From contig CAZAPD010000100.1 in assembly GCA_964487115.1 (NCBI GenBank), forward strand, positions 1 to 48,126: DNA of 48,126 bases. Direction: 5' to 3'. A model generated the notes under the pieces. It ran no database searches. It was not told the DNA's origin and saw nothing but the letters and a program-made list of their open reading frames with translations. The number at the start of each line of letters is the position of its first letter. Position 1 is the stretch's first letter. Source of the stretch: an uncultured Thermococci archaeon. GTDB taxonomy: Archaea; Methanobacteriota_B; Thermococci; Thermococcales; Thermococcaceae. Positions 25,523-36,788 of this stretch are shown here, one piece after another. The position numbers and the translations under genes were made by a program.

Positions 25523-28380
25523 CCCTCCCAGATGACATACTCCTTTTCTGCAATGAAGATTGGCTCAACGCGTTTTCTGACAATAACAACCTTGTCCTTT
25601 CCGTATTTGCTGTAGAGTTTCTGAATATATTTATCAAATACATTTTTGGGCATAGTAACGTGTGCCTTTATTATGTTATCTCCCGCTTTCACGCTCAGGT
25701 CTTTCTTTACTGGAATGTAGTCGACTATATCCATGTGAGGTTCCAGCCGGAATTTGTTCTGATATATATCCTTGCCATTTGGGGTTATATAATAAATCAG
25801 ACTGGCCCTCAGGTAAAGATCTGCGGTGTAATCTCTTCTGAAGGCTGCTGTAAGTTCAAGCGTTCCACCCTTTCCTTCCCCAATCACGTAGGTCGGATTC
25901 ACAACCTTACCGTTGACTTTAACCTTTCCATCCATAACCCCTACCGGCCCCTTCTGAATCAGGACAAACCTGTATTTTGTTGCCTTAGGAACTGTCAGGT
26001 TAAACTGGAGTGGTTGTTCATGCAGGTGATTCATGCTGATATTCTGGGCTATAACTTTCTTTTCAACAAGTTTCGTTCCATTGTATGCCTCAAAGATTAT
26101 GGTGGCATCCTTTATGTCTCTTCCAAACGCTGAAATGTAGAGTTTGAATTGATGGTTTCCAACAGGCAGTTTTCCACCTCCAAGAGAAGTGTATTTGATT
26201 TTCCATGTGCCATTTTCAAGGGTGTCTATCATATACACAGCAAACGGCCTGAATTTATACGTTGTTACATCTCCTGCGTTATGCACCATTTTGAAGTTGG
26301 CAAAGAGTTTCTGGGCATCCCAACGTTCAGAGGAGAATGGAATGTGAAATGCCAGTTTAACGAAATTGCTGAAGGCGATATTTTTGTATGCCAGCAAACC
26401 ATAATTCTGGAAGATGTAGAGAACGTACGGAATTGTACTACCTGAACCCTGAACAATGCGTCCATGTCTCAGGTCTATGGTCATCATCGGTTCGTAGGAA
26501 CCTTGTTGTGTTGAGATATAATATTTCCCTGTCTGATTGTCGATGTGTATAGCGGTTACGGGGATTGGCTGGAACATGCCAATATTTCTGTATTCTCCAT
26601 AATTAATTGCCCCCCCGAGATAGCTTATAGCATTGAACTTGTAAATATCCTGCTGCCAGACTATAAAGTAATTTAGTCCCCATGATTCAAAGTCCACTTC
26701 GCTTTTGTTTCCATAATGGGAGAGGAAATCTGCAACTATATATCTCCTATCGTATGCATGACCTCCGTCGGTTGAGGCCCTTCTATGACTTAAAAGAGAA
26801 CTCTCAATCCAGTATCCATAGTCCCACCAAGAGGTAGCACTGTCAAGTGGATTGCTATTGTTCTTCAGCCAGAGGAGAGTGTTCTGCCACGAAGGAGTTA
26901 CTTGTTCGTTTTTTGAGTAATATGAGGCTATATCATTCATATGCTGTGCTCCAACGATTGGAATTGGGATAAAGAGTATCAGGAGAAATATGGCATACAT
27001 TGCTTTGGTTGTGGGGGTATCCTTCATCTTCTCTACGAAAACAAATAATTCGGCAATAAATATTCCTGCGAAAAGTATTATCGAGCCTGAGGCTTGGAAT
27101 ATAAATCTGACTGCCATAAACAGCAGGTATATTGAAGCTGCATAATAGGCAACGAGGAAAACTTCCTTGTAACCGCTTATGTCTTCCCTCATAAGTTTTC
27201 GTATAAACCGGAAAAGCGTTAAGAAGAATCCACCGATAGAGAGGAGGAATATCATGGCATCGCTTGTTCTAATACTATAGTACATTTTGATATCCTTAAA
27301 GCTGGTTTTTGCCAGCTCTGCAACAGTCTGGTATAGCGGATTGGATTGATATGCGCCCCCCAGGAATTTCCAGAGGTCTGGACCAAAGTAGAGATAAGCA
27401 CCTGCAAAGCTGATAATACCAACAACAGCTACAACAGCAAATCTATGCTTCTTGTCTGAGTAGTTTAGCCTCAGTCTTTCCCCATAAAGCATAATTATGG
27501 TGAGTATCACAACCGCAGCAAAGCCCTGAAGGGTAAATATTAAGAAACTCCGGATACCCACTATGTCTTTATAGCTGAGTCCGAAGCTTATGAGTAGTAT
27601 CAGAAGGAAAGCAGAGTAGAATTCTCTAACGAAGGTCTTGAGATCTTCTATCTTCCCCCATGTGAAAAGGATTATTGTATTCACTGCCATAAAGACCAGC
27701 AGTATTCCGATACCGAACTGGCTTCCATTCCAGACGCTTGTAAAGGCTATTCCCGTAAAAACAAACAAAATTCCCCAGAGAATTTTCTTCCAGTTCCAGC
27801 TCTTTTCATCAAGATACATCGTCATGAAGAGTATTGAATAGAAGAAGAACATCATGAACGGTCCTTCACCCCTGCCATTTCCTGACATGGTTTTTGTGAA
27901 GTTTGCATAGGAAAACATCATTATTAAAGCTGCCCAGAGCCCGGCCCATTCTGAATGAAGCTTCTTGCCGAGGAAATATGCTGCTATAATTGTGAGAAAA
28001 CCAACGAGTGCTGGCCACATTCTGTAGAAACCTAACTCAGTGAATCCAAATGGTGCGAGGAGCTTATAGAGAGCTGCGGGTATCATGTATAATCCAAGAG
28101 AACCTGTTACCTTTATACCTGCAGGGGGTTCAGCATAGGCGAAGTATTTCGGTATCCATTCATGGACTGCCAGTCTGTAAATTTCATAATGATAGAATGT
28201 ATCAGGATCAACAAAATACTTCAGCTGGGCAGTTTCCATTCTTATCTTGTATCCAATGAAGGCTATTAAAAGAACAAGAAGGGGAAATCCATATCGTTTA
28301 AATTTCTGGTAGTTGAAGGGGATATGGATTTCATCATCTTTTTTTCTTTTTTTCTTTTCTTTAACTTTCGTTTTCACCAT
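25519..28380 (-). CDS. aglB: Oligosaccharyltransferase AglB (STT3)
   Basis: DPDTFYH, multi-TM N-terminal half, TVAEL, WWDYG, DGG, long C-terminal domain. Confidence 0.95.
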   Translation of the reverse strand: MVKTKVKEKKKRKKDDEIHIPFNYQKFKRYGFPLLVLLIAFIGYKIRMETAQLKYFVDPDTFYHYEIYRLAVHEWIPKYFAYAEPPAGIKVTGSLGLYMIPAALYKLLAPFGFTELGFYRMWPALVGFLTIIAAYFLGKKLHSEWAGLWAALIMMFSYANFTKTMSGNGRGEGPFMMFFFYSILFMTMYLDEKSWNWKKILWGILFVFTGIAFTSVWNGSQFGIGILLVFMAVNTIILFTWGKIEDLKTFVREFYSAFLLILLISFGLSYKDIVGIRSFLIFTLQGFAAVVILTIIMLYGERLRLNYSDKKHRFAVVAVVGIISFAGAYLYFGPDLWKFLGGAYQSNPLYQTVAELAKTSFKDIKMYYSIRTSDAMIFLLSIGGFFLTLFRFIRKLMREDISGYKEVFLVAYYAASIYLLFMAVRFIFQASGSIILFAGIFIAELFVFVEKMKDTPTTKAMYAIFLLILFIPIPIVGAQHMNDIASYYSKNEQVTPSWQNTLLWLKNNSNPLDSATSWWDYGYWIESSLLSHRRASTDGGHAYDRRYIVADFLSHYGNKSEVDFESWGLNYFIVWQQDIYKFNAISYLGGAINYGEYRNIGMFQPIPVTAIHIDNQTGKYYISTQQGSYEPMMTIDLRHGRIVQGSGSTIPYVLYIFQNYGLLAYKNIAFSNFVKLAFHIPFSSERWDAQKLFANFKMVHNAGDVTTYKFRPFAVYMIDTLENGTWKIKYTSLGGGKLPVGNHQFKLYISAFGRDIKDATIIFEAYNGTKLVEKKVIAQNISMNHLHEQPLQFNLTVPKATKYRFVLIQKGPVGVMDGKVKVNGKVVNPTYVIGEGKGGTLELTAAFRRDYTADLYLRASLIYYITPNGKDIYQNKFRLEPHMDIVDYIPVKKDLSVKAGDNIIKAHVTMPKNVFDKYIQKLYSKYGKDKVVIVRKRVEPIFIAEKEYVIWEG

Positions 28381-28390
28381 GTGCATCACC

Positions 28391-30199
28391 TCACTCTACA
28401 GTAACAGACTTGGCGAGATTCCTGGGCTTATCCGGATCATTACCCCGGAAGACTGCTAAGTGATATGCGAATATTTGAAGAGGTACTACATAAAGTATTG
28501 GGCTCAGTAGCTCGTCAACTTCGGGCATTCTCAGGAACACATCGCTTATCTTCGTAAGTTCATCATGATTTCCTAAACTTATTATAAATCCTTTTCTGGC
28601 TTTTGCCTCTTCTATATTTGAGACTATCTTGTCAAAAGTTCTTCCATTTGGGGCGACAGCAACAACAGGCACTCCTTCTTCAATCAACGCTAAGGGGCCA
28701 TGTTTTAATTCACCAGCTGAGAGCCCCTCGGCATGTATGTAACTTATTTCCTTGAGTTTAAGGGCACCCTCAAGAGCAGTTGCGACGCTTATCCCCCTTC
28801 CAATATAGAAGAAGTCCTTCTTCTCCTTAAGCTCTTCTGCAAGGATTTTTAGTTTTTCTTCATGTTTCAGGGCATCATCAAGCAGCTCTGGCAACTTATA
28901 AAGCTCTCTCTCCAATCTGTTAAGATATTTTTCATCTGCAGTTTTTAGCTGTCTTGCCAGAGCTATTGCAAGCATTGTAAGAACCGTTAGCTGGGTTGTA
29001 TAGGTTTTTGTTGCTGCAACTCCTATCTCCGGGCCAGCATGGGTATATAGGACGAGGTCACTTATTCTGGTTGCCATACTTCCAACAACATTGACTATGC
29101 TGAGGGTTTTTGCTCCTCTTTTCCTTGCAAGCTTAATAGCTGCCAAGGTATCGGCTGTCTCCCCGCTCTGGGTGATTGCAATGACAAGAGTATCCTCATC
29201 TATAACCTCCTCAGCTTCATATCTGAACTCGCTGGCCTCCTCAACGATGGGAGCTTTTTTAACTAATCTCTGGAACAGATACTTACCGACGATACCAGCG
29301 TGATATGAAGTTCCCATTGCAACTATGAAGATTTTGTTATAGTCTGCTATTTCTTTTGCAACATCATTTATAGACTCAATGTTCCCATAAATTGCATCCT
29401 TTACAGCGTTTGGCTGTTCGTGAATCTCTTTCAGCATGAAATGGGGATAACCCTGCTTTTCGGCCATTTCAAGGCTCCAGTTTATTATCTGCATCTCCTT
29501 TTCCTTAACAGCCCCTGTCTTGAAGTCCTTAACTATATAGCCCTCTTTGGAGAGAATCACATATTCACCATCATCTATAAAAACAGCTTTGTTTGTGTAG
29601 GGTAGAAAAGCTGGGACATCACTTGCCGCAAACATTTCTCCATTGCCTATTCCAAGGACAAGGGGGCTCTCATTCCTGACAAAATAGAGATGTTCTCTAT
29701 CTTTTGAATATATTATCCCAAGCGCAAATGAACCTTTCAGTTTGTTTAGAGCGTTTTTGAGAGCTTCTTCAAAATTTTCCACATTTTTAAGTTCTTCTTC
29801 AATCAGATGTGCTATCACTTCGGTATCTGTATCACTCTTAAATTTGTGACCTTTTTTTATCAGTTCTTCTTTTAATTCAAGGTAGTTCTCTATAATCCCG
29901 TTATGAACAAGCGCGATTTCCCCGGTGCAGTCTGTGTGGGGGTGGGCATTGATATCATCAGGAATGCCATGGGTTGCCCATCTTGTGTGTCCGATGCCCC
30001 TATTACCGGGTAATTCCCAAAGCCTAAGTTTAACTTCTAATTCACTTATTTTACCTGCTCCTTTTTTGATGTATAATCTTCCCTCATCCTCCGTCACAAC
30101 TCCTACAGAGTCATAACCTCTATACTCAAGTCGTTTTAATCCATCGACAATGACATTACATGCCTTTCTGTCACCGATGTATCCTATTATACCGCACAT
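28391..30199 (-). CDS. glmS: Glutamine--fructose-6-phosphate aminotransferase (isomerizing)
   Basis: MCGIIG N-terminal nucleophile, [28 protein letters not shown]. Confidence 0.97.
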   Translation of the reverse strand: MCGIIGYIGDRKACNVIVDGLKRLEYRGYDSVGVVTEDEGRLYIKKGAGKISELEVKLRLWELPGNRGIGHTRWATHGIPDDINAHPHTDCTGEIALVHNGIIENYLELKEELIKKGHKFKSDTDTEVIAHLIEEELKNVENFEEALKNALNKLKGSFALGIIYSKDREHLYFVRNESPLVLGIGNGEMFAASDVPAFLPYTNKAVFIDDGEYVILSKEGYIVKDFKTGAVKEKEMQIINWSLEMAEKQGYPHFMLKEIHEQPNAVKDAIYGNIESINDVAKEIADYNKIFIVAMGTSYHAGIVGKYLFQRLVKKAPIVEEASEFRYEAEEVIDEDTLVIAITQSGETADTLAAIKLARKRGAKTLSIVNVVGSMATRISDLVLYTHAGPEIGVAATKTYTTQLTVLTMLAIALARQLKTADEKYLNRLERELYKLPELLDDALKHEEKLKILAEELKEKKDFFYIGRGISVATALEGALKLKEISYIHAEGLSAGELKHGPLALIEEGVPVVAVAPNGRTFDKIVSNIEEAKARKGFIISLGNHDELTKISDVFLRMPEVDELLSPILYVVPLQIFAYHLAVFRGNDPDKPRNLAKSVTVE

Positions 30200-30388
30200 G
30201 GCCATCCCCTTTTTCAGTTACTCTTTGATTAGATAAGGGCGTTCAGTTAAAAGCATTTCTCTTAAACGGTTTCTGGAGGGAATTAGTGACTTTTTCAGAG
30301 ATCTTTTTTTCCTGAAGAAATGTTTAACACAGTTTCCCGGGGAAAAGCCTATATAACCAAACCCTTCCATCACTAAATGGGTGAATTA

Positions 30389-30583
30389 ATGGACAGGAAA
30401 CTCGATGAGTTCCTGAAAAATGGTAAAATCAATGTGAAATCAAATGACAATCGTAAAAGCAAAAGAAAACGACTTCGTCCTCTCAGCTTAGAGGCGTTCC
30501 TCCCAGAGGAACATGTAAAATACTTCAAGGCATTAAGAATAGGCTCTAAACGGATAAGGAATGTGCGGATAGAGGAGCTATAG
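30389..30583 (+). CDS. Thermococcales inhibitor of PCNA (TIP)
   Basis: MDRKLDEF...SLEAFLPEEHVKYFKALRIGSKRIRN matches the recalled TIP sequence; divergent from glmS. Confidence 0.85.
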   Translation: MDRKLDEFLKNGKINVKSNDNRKSKRKRLRPLSLEAFLPEEHVKYFKALRIGSKRIRNVRIEEL

Positions 30584-31708
30584 GGATTCTGCTATTATTG
30601 CTTTGTCCTTATATTGGAAGACAAACGCCCTCTTTTCACCTTTCAAACCATTTTCAATCTTCCTCCTGAAACTCCAATAGGCACTATCAGGAATTGAAAC
30701 TCTGAGAGTGGCTCTTCCATAACCGTGTTTCCTTAGAAAATCATTTATTCGAAGGGGATGAAACTTCGTAATTCCTGTTATAATATATGCCCTCTTGAAA
30801 TATTTACTCCGAATTTCTTCTCTGCTCGTTGCTAGGACACGTCTTTTCTCCCTGATGAGCATGTAAAGAGCACCGCCAACCTTATGGAACAGCTCATTTA
30901 TTAAATTTGCATAATCTATTGCCTGTGGAATTTCATAGAGGTATTCCATTGGTTCTGACCATTCGATTATATTCTCCAAGTTAGGGTCACTTTCCAGTCT
31001 TGTTCCTGCAGGTAGAAGAACAGCGCTCCTTTCAGCTTTTGCCAACGGCTCAAAATAGAAGGTTAATCTGTTCAGGCTTCCAAAGAGGTCTATGTACTCA
31101 AATTCACCTTTCCATGGAATTTTTTCACGTTTTATTTGTGGAGGGAGGTCAAAGATAAACACGTCCGTTTTGTGCCTGTAAGCTTCATACACATTTAGAG
31201 GGCTTGGAAGAAGATCCTCCAGACGGCGTTCGGGCATCTCGGGAGGTCTTGCTGGATCAGAAAATATGACATCTGCATTCACCTGTTCGATGATTTCTCT
31301 GCTCAGGCTGTTTCCATGAATGAAGTGTATCTTTTCATGAACGCCATATTTCTCTGCATTTTTCTCTGCATAAAAAAGCTTTTTCTTATCTATATCTATC
31401 GCATAGGCTTCTTCAGCATATTTAGCAAAGAAAATTAACTGAATCCCAATGCCGCAGGAAACATCGGCTATACTCTTTGGCTTGACTCTCTGGGCTCGAT
31501 ATTCAGCAACAACTTCATGGGTTGCATAACGAAGCCCATCTATATCCATCCAGAGATCAGTACGTGAGAATTTATCTCTTGCCTTTATTCTGGCTCTCGC
31601 TATCTCGATGATCTCATCAGCTGTCTCCAGAGGGAGTTTGGATCGTATCTTTTTTTCGTCATATCCTCTCTTTATCATCCTCATAGCCAATTCTATGTAC
31701 TCTTCCAT
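30578..31708 (-). CDS. SAM-dependent methyltransferase (probably RNA-modifying) with C-terminal THUMP-like region
   Basis: LRYATHEVVA, IADVSCGIG, FSDPARP. Confidence 0.8.
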   Translation of the reverse strand: MEEYIELAMRMIKRGYDEKKIRSKLPLETADEIIEIARARIKARDKFSRTDLWMDIDGLRYATHEVVAEYRAQRVKPKSIADVSCGIGIQLIFFAKYAEEAYAIDIDKKKLFYAEKNAEKYGVHEKIHFIHGNSLSREIIEQVNADVIFSDPARPPEMPERRLEDLLPSPLNVYEAYRHKTDVFIFDLPPQIKREKIPWKGEFEYIDLFGSLNRLTFYFEPLAKAERSAVLLPAGTRLESDPNLENIIEWSEPMEYLYEIPQAIDYANLINELFHKVGGALYMLIREKRRVLATSREEIRSKYFKRAYIITGITKFHPLRINDFLRKHGYGRATLRVSIPDSAYWSFRRKIENGLKGEKRAFVFQYKDKAIIAESL

Positions 31709-31799
31709 ATTTCCACCGTTACAGCTTTTATATTCTTTTTTAAATACCTTATGCGAAAAAGTTTAAAGAAATATCGTGGAAATTGGCAAGGGGTAAAAT

Positions 31800-33209
31800 A
31801 TGAAGCTGAAGTCGAACTGGAAAAAGATAATCTATATTGTTCTTGTAATCCTCATGATTGGTGGCTCCTTCTATTACTCATATAAGACCGCTTCCAGCCC
31901 CAAACTCCATGATTATATTGGGGATGAAGTCTGGTATGTTCCTGCCTCTCGCAATATTCTCCATAGACTTGGAATAGATGTACATTACATCAACAGGGCT
32001 AACAACAGTGAGGGTGTCAATGTAATTTTCTCAAGCGATGCGGATAAAAACGAAAACCAGTTGGGAGTATGGCAGATTGCCAGCACATACAACTATACGA
32101 GATATATTGACTATAACAACTTTCCTGCAGTTTATTTTGAAATCCCAAGAAAGAATCTGAAGGCATTCATAAAGGCTTTAAAATTGAAATACCCTGAGAT
32201 TGAGGTTGTAACTGGCTTTAGATATCCAGACAAAGACAACATCCAGAACTATCTGAACACAGAGCATCCTTTTCTCGGTAAAGATTTCATAATGTTGGGA
32301 ATGATGAGAAGAGATGACCCATTCTACTGGCGGCTACCGGGAGTGATAGCTCTTGCAATCATAAACCTCCTTGTAGCTCTTACTGCCTACAAGCTAACAA
32401 AGAGCTATCTGGCTTCTTTAATTGCATTGCTCTTCTCGACTGTCGACCCAACATTAATGGCAACCTCGGTGGCTGCTATGCTTGATATTTATGTTGCTCT
32501 CTTTGTTGCGTTCTTTACGTATCTCATGGTTTCTGAAAGGAGTTACTCCTCCGGTCTCGCTATAGGCCTTGCAGGAGCTACAAAGCTCAGTGGAGGGTTT
32601 GGGTATCCGGTGTTGTTTATCAAGCTTTTAAAGGAAAGAAGAGGGTTTAAAAGCTTTTTAATAGCGGGGTTGATTCTCCCGGGATTGGGATTTTTAGTTC
32701 CGGAACTTCCGGCTATTAAAGCTCTGGGATTTAAATTTTGGCTGCGGGAATTTTTGGGAAGCTTTAAATGGCATCTCAGTTATAAGGGCCCAAATCCGAA
32801 CACTTCACCATTCTGGCAGTGGTTTGTTGACTTACGCCCGTTTCCCTTCCATTTTAATCCTAATGTTTTTGCAGAGACCGATCCTTTCCTTCTTTCTGCT
32901 ATGATAGTCTTCATATTCGCCATTCCGTATATAGCAATAAAAAGAAGGAATGCATGGGTACCTTTGGCGATCTTCTGGAGCACTATTGGAATGTTTGCCC
33001 TTCAGTACATCTTGGGTGGGAAGACCCAATTCAGCTTCTATGCAACAGCACTCGTTCCTGAAGCCGCCGTGGTTATGGGAGTTGTCCTTTATGACATCAT
33101 AAAATGGGACTACTTCAAGGAATCCCTTAGGATTTACTGGGGTTTCTTCACCAACAGTTATCGCTGGTTGAAAGGAAAGACCAGGGTTATCTATTCAAAA
33201 AGGCGTTGA
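31800..33209 (+). CDS. Dolichyl-phosphate-sugar protein glycosyltransferase (PMT/GT-C family)
   Basis: GDEVWY, EHPFLGK, WRLP, multi-TM, ATKLSG, SPFWQW. Confidence 0.85.
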   Translation: MKLKSNWKKIIYIVLVILMIGGSFYYSYKTASSPKLHDYIGDEVWYVPASRNILHRLGIDVHYINRANNSEGVNVIFSSDADKNENQLGVWQIASTYNYTRYIDYNNFPAVYFEIPRKNLKAFIKALKLKYPEIEVVTGFRYPDKDNIQNYLNTEHPFLGKDFIMLGMMRRDDPFYWRLPGVIALAIINLLVALTAYKLTKSYLASLIALLFSTVDPTLMATSVAAMLDIYVALFVAFFTYLMVSERSYSSGLAIGLAGATKLSGGFGYPVLFIKLLKERRGFKSFLIAGLILPGLGFLVPELPAIKALGFKFWLREFLGSFKWHLSYKGPNPNTSPFWQWFVDLRPFPFHFNPNVFAETDPFLLSAMIVFIFAIPYIAIKRRNAWVPLAIFWSTIGMFALQYILGGKTQFSFYATALVPEAAVVMGVVLYDIIKWDYFKESLRIYWGFFTNSYRWLKGKTRVIYSKRR

Positions 33210-33852
33210 GGGTAAGTTGTTCTGATTTTATTTTGTTTTCTATTTTCTCCAGAGTTTTCCAGCTCTTTCTAACTATCGGTGGAAATTCGCCATGTTCTCT
33301 GTAATATCTTTCAAGGAAAGCTCTGGTTCTGGGGTCGCTTGGATAGCCTGAGCCAATCTCTCCGTACTGTTTTTTAAGCCTTTCAATAACTCTGTCTCTG
33401 TGAACCTTAGCCAGAATTGAGGCTGCTGAAACTGGAAGATACTTATCATCAGCCCTATGCTCTGCCACTATCTTTGGGGAAAAGTTCAGGCTTTTCCTAA
33501 TCAGTTCTCCAAATCTTTTCTCCTTAACATCTGCGGCATCAATGTAGAGAACATCCGGCTTGATTTTCAGAGAATTTAGGGCTCTTACAAAGTTTTCAAC
33601 CTCAAGATCGTTCATCGTACCTTTCCTGTTGTCTATCTCTTCAGGCCATAATTCAATAATCACATAATCATTTAAAACCCTGATTATTTCATTAAATAAA
33701 TCCTCCCTTCTTCGGGAGGTTAGTTTTTTTGAGTCCTTGACACCGAGTTTCTCCAGTTTCTGAATATTATCCCCATCTACAACAATGGCGGCTATAACTA
33801 AAGGCCCCAGAACAGGGCCTCTGCCAGCCTCATCAATGCCTCCGAATTTCAT
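33187..33852 (-). CDS. rnhB: Ribonuclease HII
   Basis: GIDEAGRGP, DSKKL, SAASILAKV, GSGYPSDP; PIP box QLTLNAFL. Confidence 0.96.
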   Translation of the reverse strand: MKFGGIDEAGRGPVLGPLVIAAIVVDGDNIQKLEKLGVKDSKKLTSRRREDLFNEIIRVLNDYVIIELWPEEIDNRKGTMNDLEVENFVRALNSLKIKPDVLYIDAADVKEKRFGELIRKSLNFSPKIVAEHRADDKYLPVSAASILAKVHRDRVIERLKKQYGEIGSGYPSDPRTRAFLERYYREHGEFPPIVRKSWKTLEKIENKIKSEQLTLNAFLNR

Positions 33853-33856
33853 GCTT

Positions 33857-34678
33857 TCACCTCCTAAAAATAAGAACACCGTAAATAGCCCCAAGCATTA
33901 TCGTTGCTATACCGCTCGGCGGTATATCTGTTAAATATGCTACAACAATCGAGAGAAGCTCAACGATAAGCGTCAGAAATAAGCTCACTGCGATAATTTT
34001 CCTTATATCAACGCTAACCATCATCGCAATGGCACCTGGCAGAACCGCTATGACCTGTAGTGTTATCAGCCCGACGGTTTTGACTATCAATGCCCCAATG
34101 GTCCCAACCATAATATAGAGTAGCATTAAATATGCTCTAACATTGCCTCCATAACTTTCAACTCCCTCAGGATCAAAGCTAACATAGAGAAAGTCCCTGT
34201 ACAAAAGCATCATCAGAAAGAAAACAAGTGCTCCTCCAATTACCAGAGTTAGCAGATCATTTAATGTTATCAGAAACACTTCTCCTGTTAAGTATGAAAC
34301 TATGCTTTCGCTGAAGGGGAAATAGGGTTTTTCTGCCATTACTTTGTAAAGAATCCCAAAGCTGAGAACTGTTAGTCCGGCAACAAAGCTGGCAACAATA
34401 CCAACAGCAGCATCTGGGGTGAATCCCTTTTTCTCTAATTCTGCTATCGTGAGAACGACTACAATCGTAATGATGAGAGCAGTCCACATGACTAACCCGA
34501 GATTCTCGGAAATCAGACCTAAGATCATCCCCAGAACAGCTCCAAAGAGGAGGGAATGGAAAGTAGCATGGGTAAGGAAGGCTAATCCCTTCATGTTTAT
34601 CAGCGGGCTGAGGAGCCCGAGAAGGACGCTTATCATAATACTCGCAAGGAGAGCTCTGATTAGATACTCCGGAATCAT
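33857..34678 (-). CDS. Mn/Zn ABC transporter permease (ZnuB-like)
   Basis: Multi-TM; HATFHS, SFDPE, VLPGAIA, DIPPSG. Confidence 0.9.
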   Translation of the reverse strand: MIPEYLIRALLASIMISVLLGLLSPLINMKGLAFLTHATFHSLLFGAVLGMILGLISENLGLVMWTALIITIVVVLTIAELEKKGFTPDAAVGIVASFVAGLTVLSFGILYKVMAEKPYFPFSESIVSYLTGEVFLITLNDLLTLVIGGALVFFLMMLLYRDFLYVSFDPEGVESYGGNVRAYLMLLYIMVGTIGALIVKTVGLITLQVIAVLPGAIAMMVSVDIRKIIAVSLFLTLIVELLSIVVAYLTDIPPSGIATIMLGAIYGVLIFRR

Positions 34679-35460
34679 CAACGTCCCCCCCTTAGGTGTA
34701 CATCCCCAGTGATACAATAAAGCCTACTCTCAATTTTAATGGCTCTTGCCAGGGGGCCATATACACTCTTTATAACTTCATCCCTGAGAACCTCTTCCGG
34801 GCTCCCAAAAGCTATAAGCTTTTTGTTAAGGAGCATAATCTTGTCACCTATCTCAATTAGTGGGTTTATATCGTGGGTCGTGATTATCATGGTCAGGCTT
34901 TTTTCCTTTTTTATCTTTCCGAGAATGGTAGCAACCTCGGCTCTTGCGGATGGGTCGAGAGCAGACAATGGTTCATCAAGAAGGAGAAGTTTAGGGTTTG
35001 AAATCAGCGCTCTTGCAAGAAGAACTCTTTGTTTCTGTCCTCCACTTAGTTTGTTGAAGGGTTTATATATCCCATTTTTCAATCCGACAAAATTTAAAGC
35101 CTCTCGGGCTTTTTTCAGGGCATCTTTAGGAAATCTAAAGTGAAAGAACCCTTCCTTGTAGATAGTGCCAACTGACACAACTTCAATAGCCTTTAAAGGC
35201 ACAACTTCATTGAGGGAATGGCTCTGAGGAACATAGGAAATCAGCTCTCTTGCATCTACAGGTTCTTTTCCAAAAATGGAGAGTTTTCCCCTGTACTGTC
35301 TGTGAAATCCTGCTATTGTCCTTAACAGAGTAGTTTTTCCTGCTCCATTTGGACCTAAAAGGAGGAGTGTCTCACCCTCATCAAGTTTGAAGTTAAGTCC
35401 CTCCACAGCCTTATATGAGCCATACAGTATATCAACGTTCTCTGCTAAAACCGCCTCCAT
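34678..35460 (-). CDS. Mn/Zn ABC transporter ATPase (ZnuC-like)
   Basis: GPNGAGKT, YVPQ, LSGGQKQR, LLLDEP, THD. Confidence 0.92.
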   Translation of the reverse strand: MEAVLAENVDILYGSYKAVEGLNFKLDEGETLLLLGPNGAGKTTLLRTIAGFHRQYRGKLSIFGKEPVDARELISYVPQSHSLNEVVPLKAIEVVSVGTIYKEGFFHFRFPKDALKKAREALNFVGLKNGIYKPFNKLSGGQKQRVLLARALISNPKLLLLDEPLSALDPSARAEVATILGKIKKEKSLTMIITTHDINPLIEIGDKIMLLNKKLIAFGSPEEVLRDEVIKSVYGPLARAIKIESRLYCITGDVHLRGGR

Positions 35461-35651
35461 TCTCCCACCTCTGAAGATTTCGCCGGTACTACTTTAATAG
35501 AAGCATTTTTAAACTTTAATATTCCAAACTGGACATTAATGTGTATTTCCAGTGCAAAAATTTTTAAATGCTTGACAGATATCTTAATTAGAAAATTTTT
35601 GCAATGCTTAAGCTTATAAGGATAGCTGATGAATCAGTGGAGGTGATGCTC

Positions 35652-36008
35652 ATGGCATACTATAAAAATGGAAAAAAACGAAATAACAGACAGGTTGAGG
35701 GGGATGAAGTTATTAGAGTTCCTCTTCCAAAGGAAGGACAGCTTTTCGGGGTGGTTGAACAGGCACTCGGTGCAGGATGGATGGATGTGAGATGTGCAGA
35801 TGGGAAAATCAGAAGATGCAGGATTCCGGGGAAGCTCAAGAGAAGAATGTGGATTAAAGTTGGTGACGTTGTAATAGTCCAGCCATGGCCAGTGCAAACT
35901 GATAAGAGAGCAGATATAGTATATCGATACACAAGAACTCAAGTTGATTGGCTTTTAAGGAAAGGTAAGATCAGTCAGGACTTCCTCACTGGCGGATTAA
36001 TGCTGTGA
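35652..36008 (+). CDS. eif1a: Translation initiation factor aIF-1A
   Basis: [38 protein letters not shown]. Confidence 0.95.
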   Translation: MAYYKNGKKRNNRQVEGDEVIRVPLPKEGQLFGVVEQALGAGWMDVRCADGKIRRCRIPGKLKRRMWIKVGDVVIVQPWPVQTDKRADIVYRYTRTQVDWLLRKGKISQDFLTGGLML

Positions 36009-36787
36009 TGGATATGGAAGAGAGACTTGAAAGGGAAATAGAGGGGCTTTTAGGTTTAAGAGAAGAAAGGATAAAAGACAGCGAACTCTACAAGGTTTTC
36101 AGTGAGGTTTTCGACAAAACTACTTTGAAAACACTGGAATACTTTCAGAGAAGGGGTAGTCTTGAAAGGATTTTGGGTGTTATATCTACCGGGAAAGAAG
36201 CAAATGTGTTCAGAGGCACTGACAGAAACGGAAATGTGGTGGCTATCAAAGTTTACAGAACATATACGACTGAGTTCAGGAGGATCTGGGAATACTTGGC
36301 AGCTGATCCAAGGGTTGGATATCTACCTAAAGACATGAGAAAGCTGGTCTTCATCTGGACTCGAAGGGAGTTTAAAAACCTGCAGAGAGCTATTAAATAT
36401 GCTGTCAGAGCGCCAGAACCAGTAGCATTCAGAAATAATGTACTGATAATGGAATTTATTGGGAATGAAATACCAGCCCCCCGATTAAAAGATGTGGAAA
36501 AGACACTCCAGAAGGCAGATTTTGAGGAGCTCTATAATTTCACCATTAAGTCCATTGAACGCCTCTGGAAGAGGGGAGACATGGTACATGGGGATCTGAG
36601 CGAATACAACATTCTAATCTGGAGCTCGCCCGTGATAATTGACTGGTCTCAGGCGACGGTTAGGAGGAATAAGATGTCCCGTTCACTGCTCTACAGGGAT
36701 TTAAGAAATATAATCAACTACTTTGGTAGAAAGGGAGTTAGAGTTGATAATTTAGAGGAGAAGTTTAGAGAGCTGGTGGGTGAGTGA
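36008..36787 (+). CDS. rio1: RIO1-family Ser/Thr kinase
   Basis: STGKEANVF, AIKVY, VHGDLSEYNIL, IDWSQ. Confidence 0.93.
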   Translation: MDMEERLEREIEGLLGLREERIKDSELYKVFSEVFDKTTLKTLEYFQRRGSLERILGVISTGKEANVFRGTDRNGNVVAIKVYRTYTTEFRRIWEYLAADPRVGYLPKDMRKLVFIWTRREFKNLQRAIKYAVRAPEPVAFRNNVLIMEFIGNEIPAPRLKDVEKTLQKADFEELYNFTIKSIERLWKRGDMVHGDLSEYNILIWSSPVIIDWSQATVRRNKMSRSLLYRDLRNIINYFGRKGVRVDNLEEKFRELVGE

Positions 36788-36788
36788 G

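Noticed and set aside
35501..35610. Inverted and direct AT-rich repeats between znuC and aIF-1A
   Set aside because: Explained by back-to-back TATA elements; cannot be distinguished from a metal-regulator operator by eye
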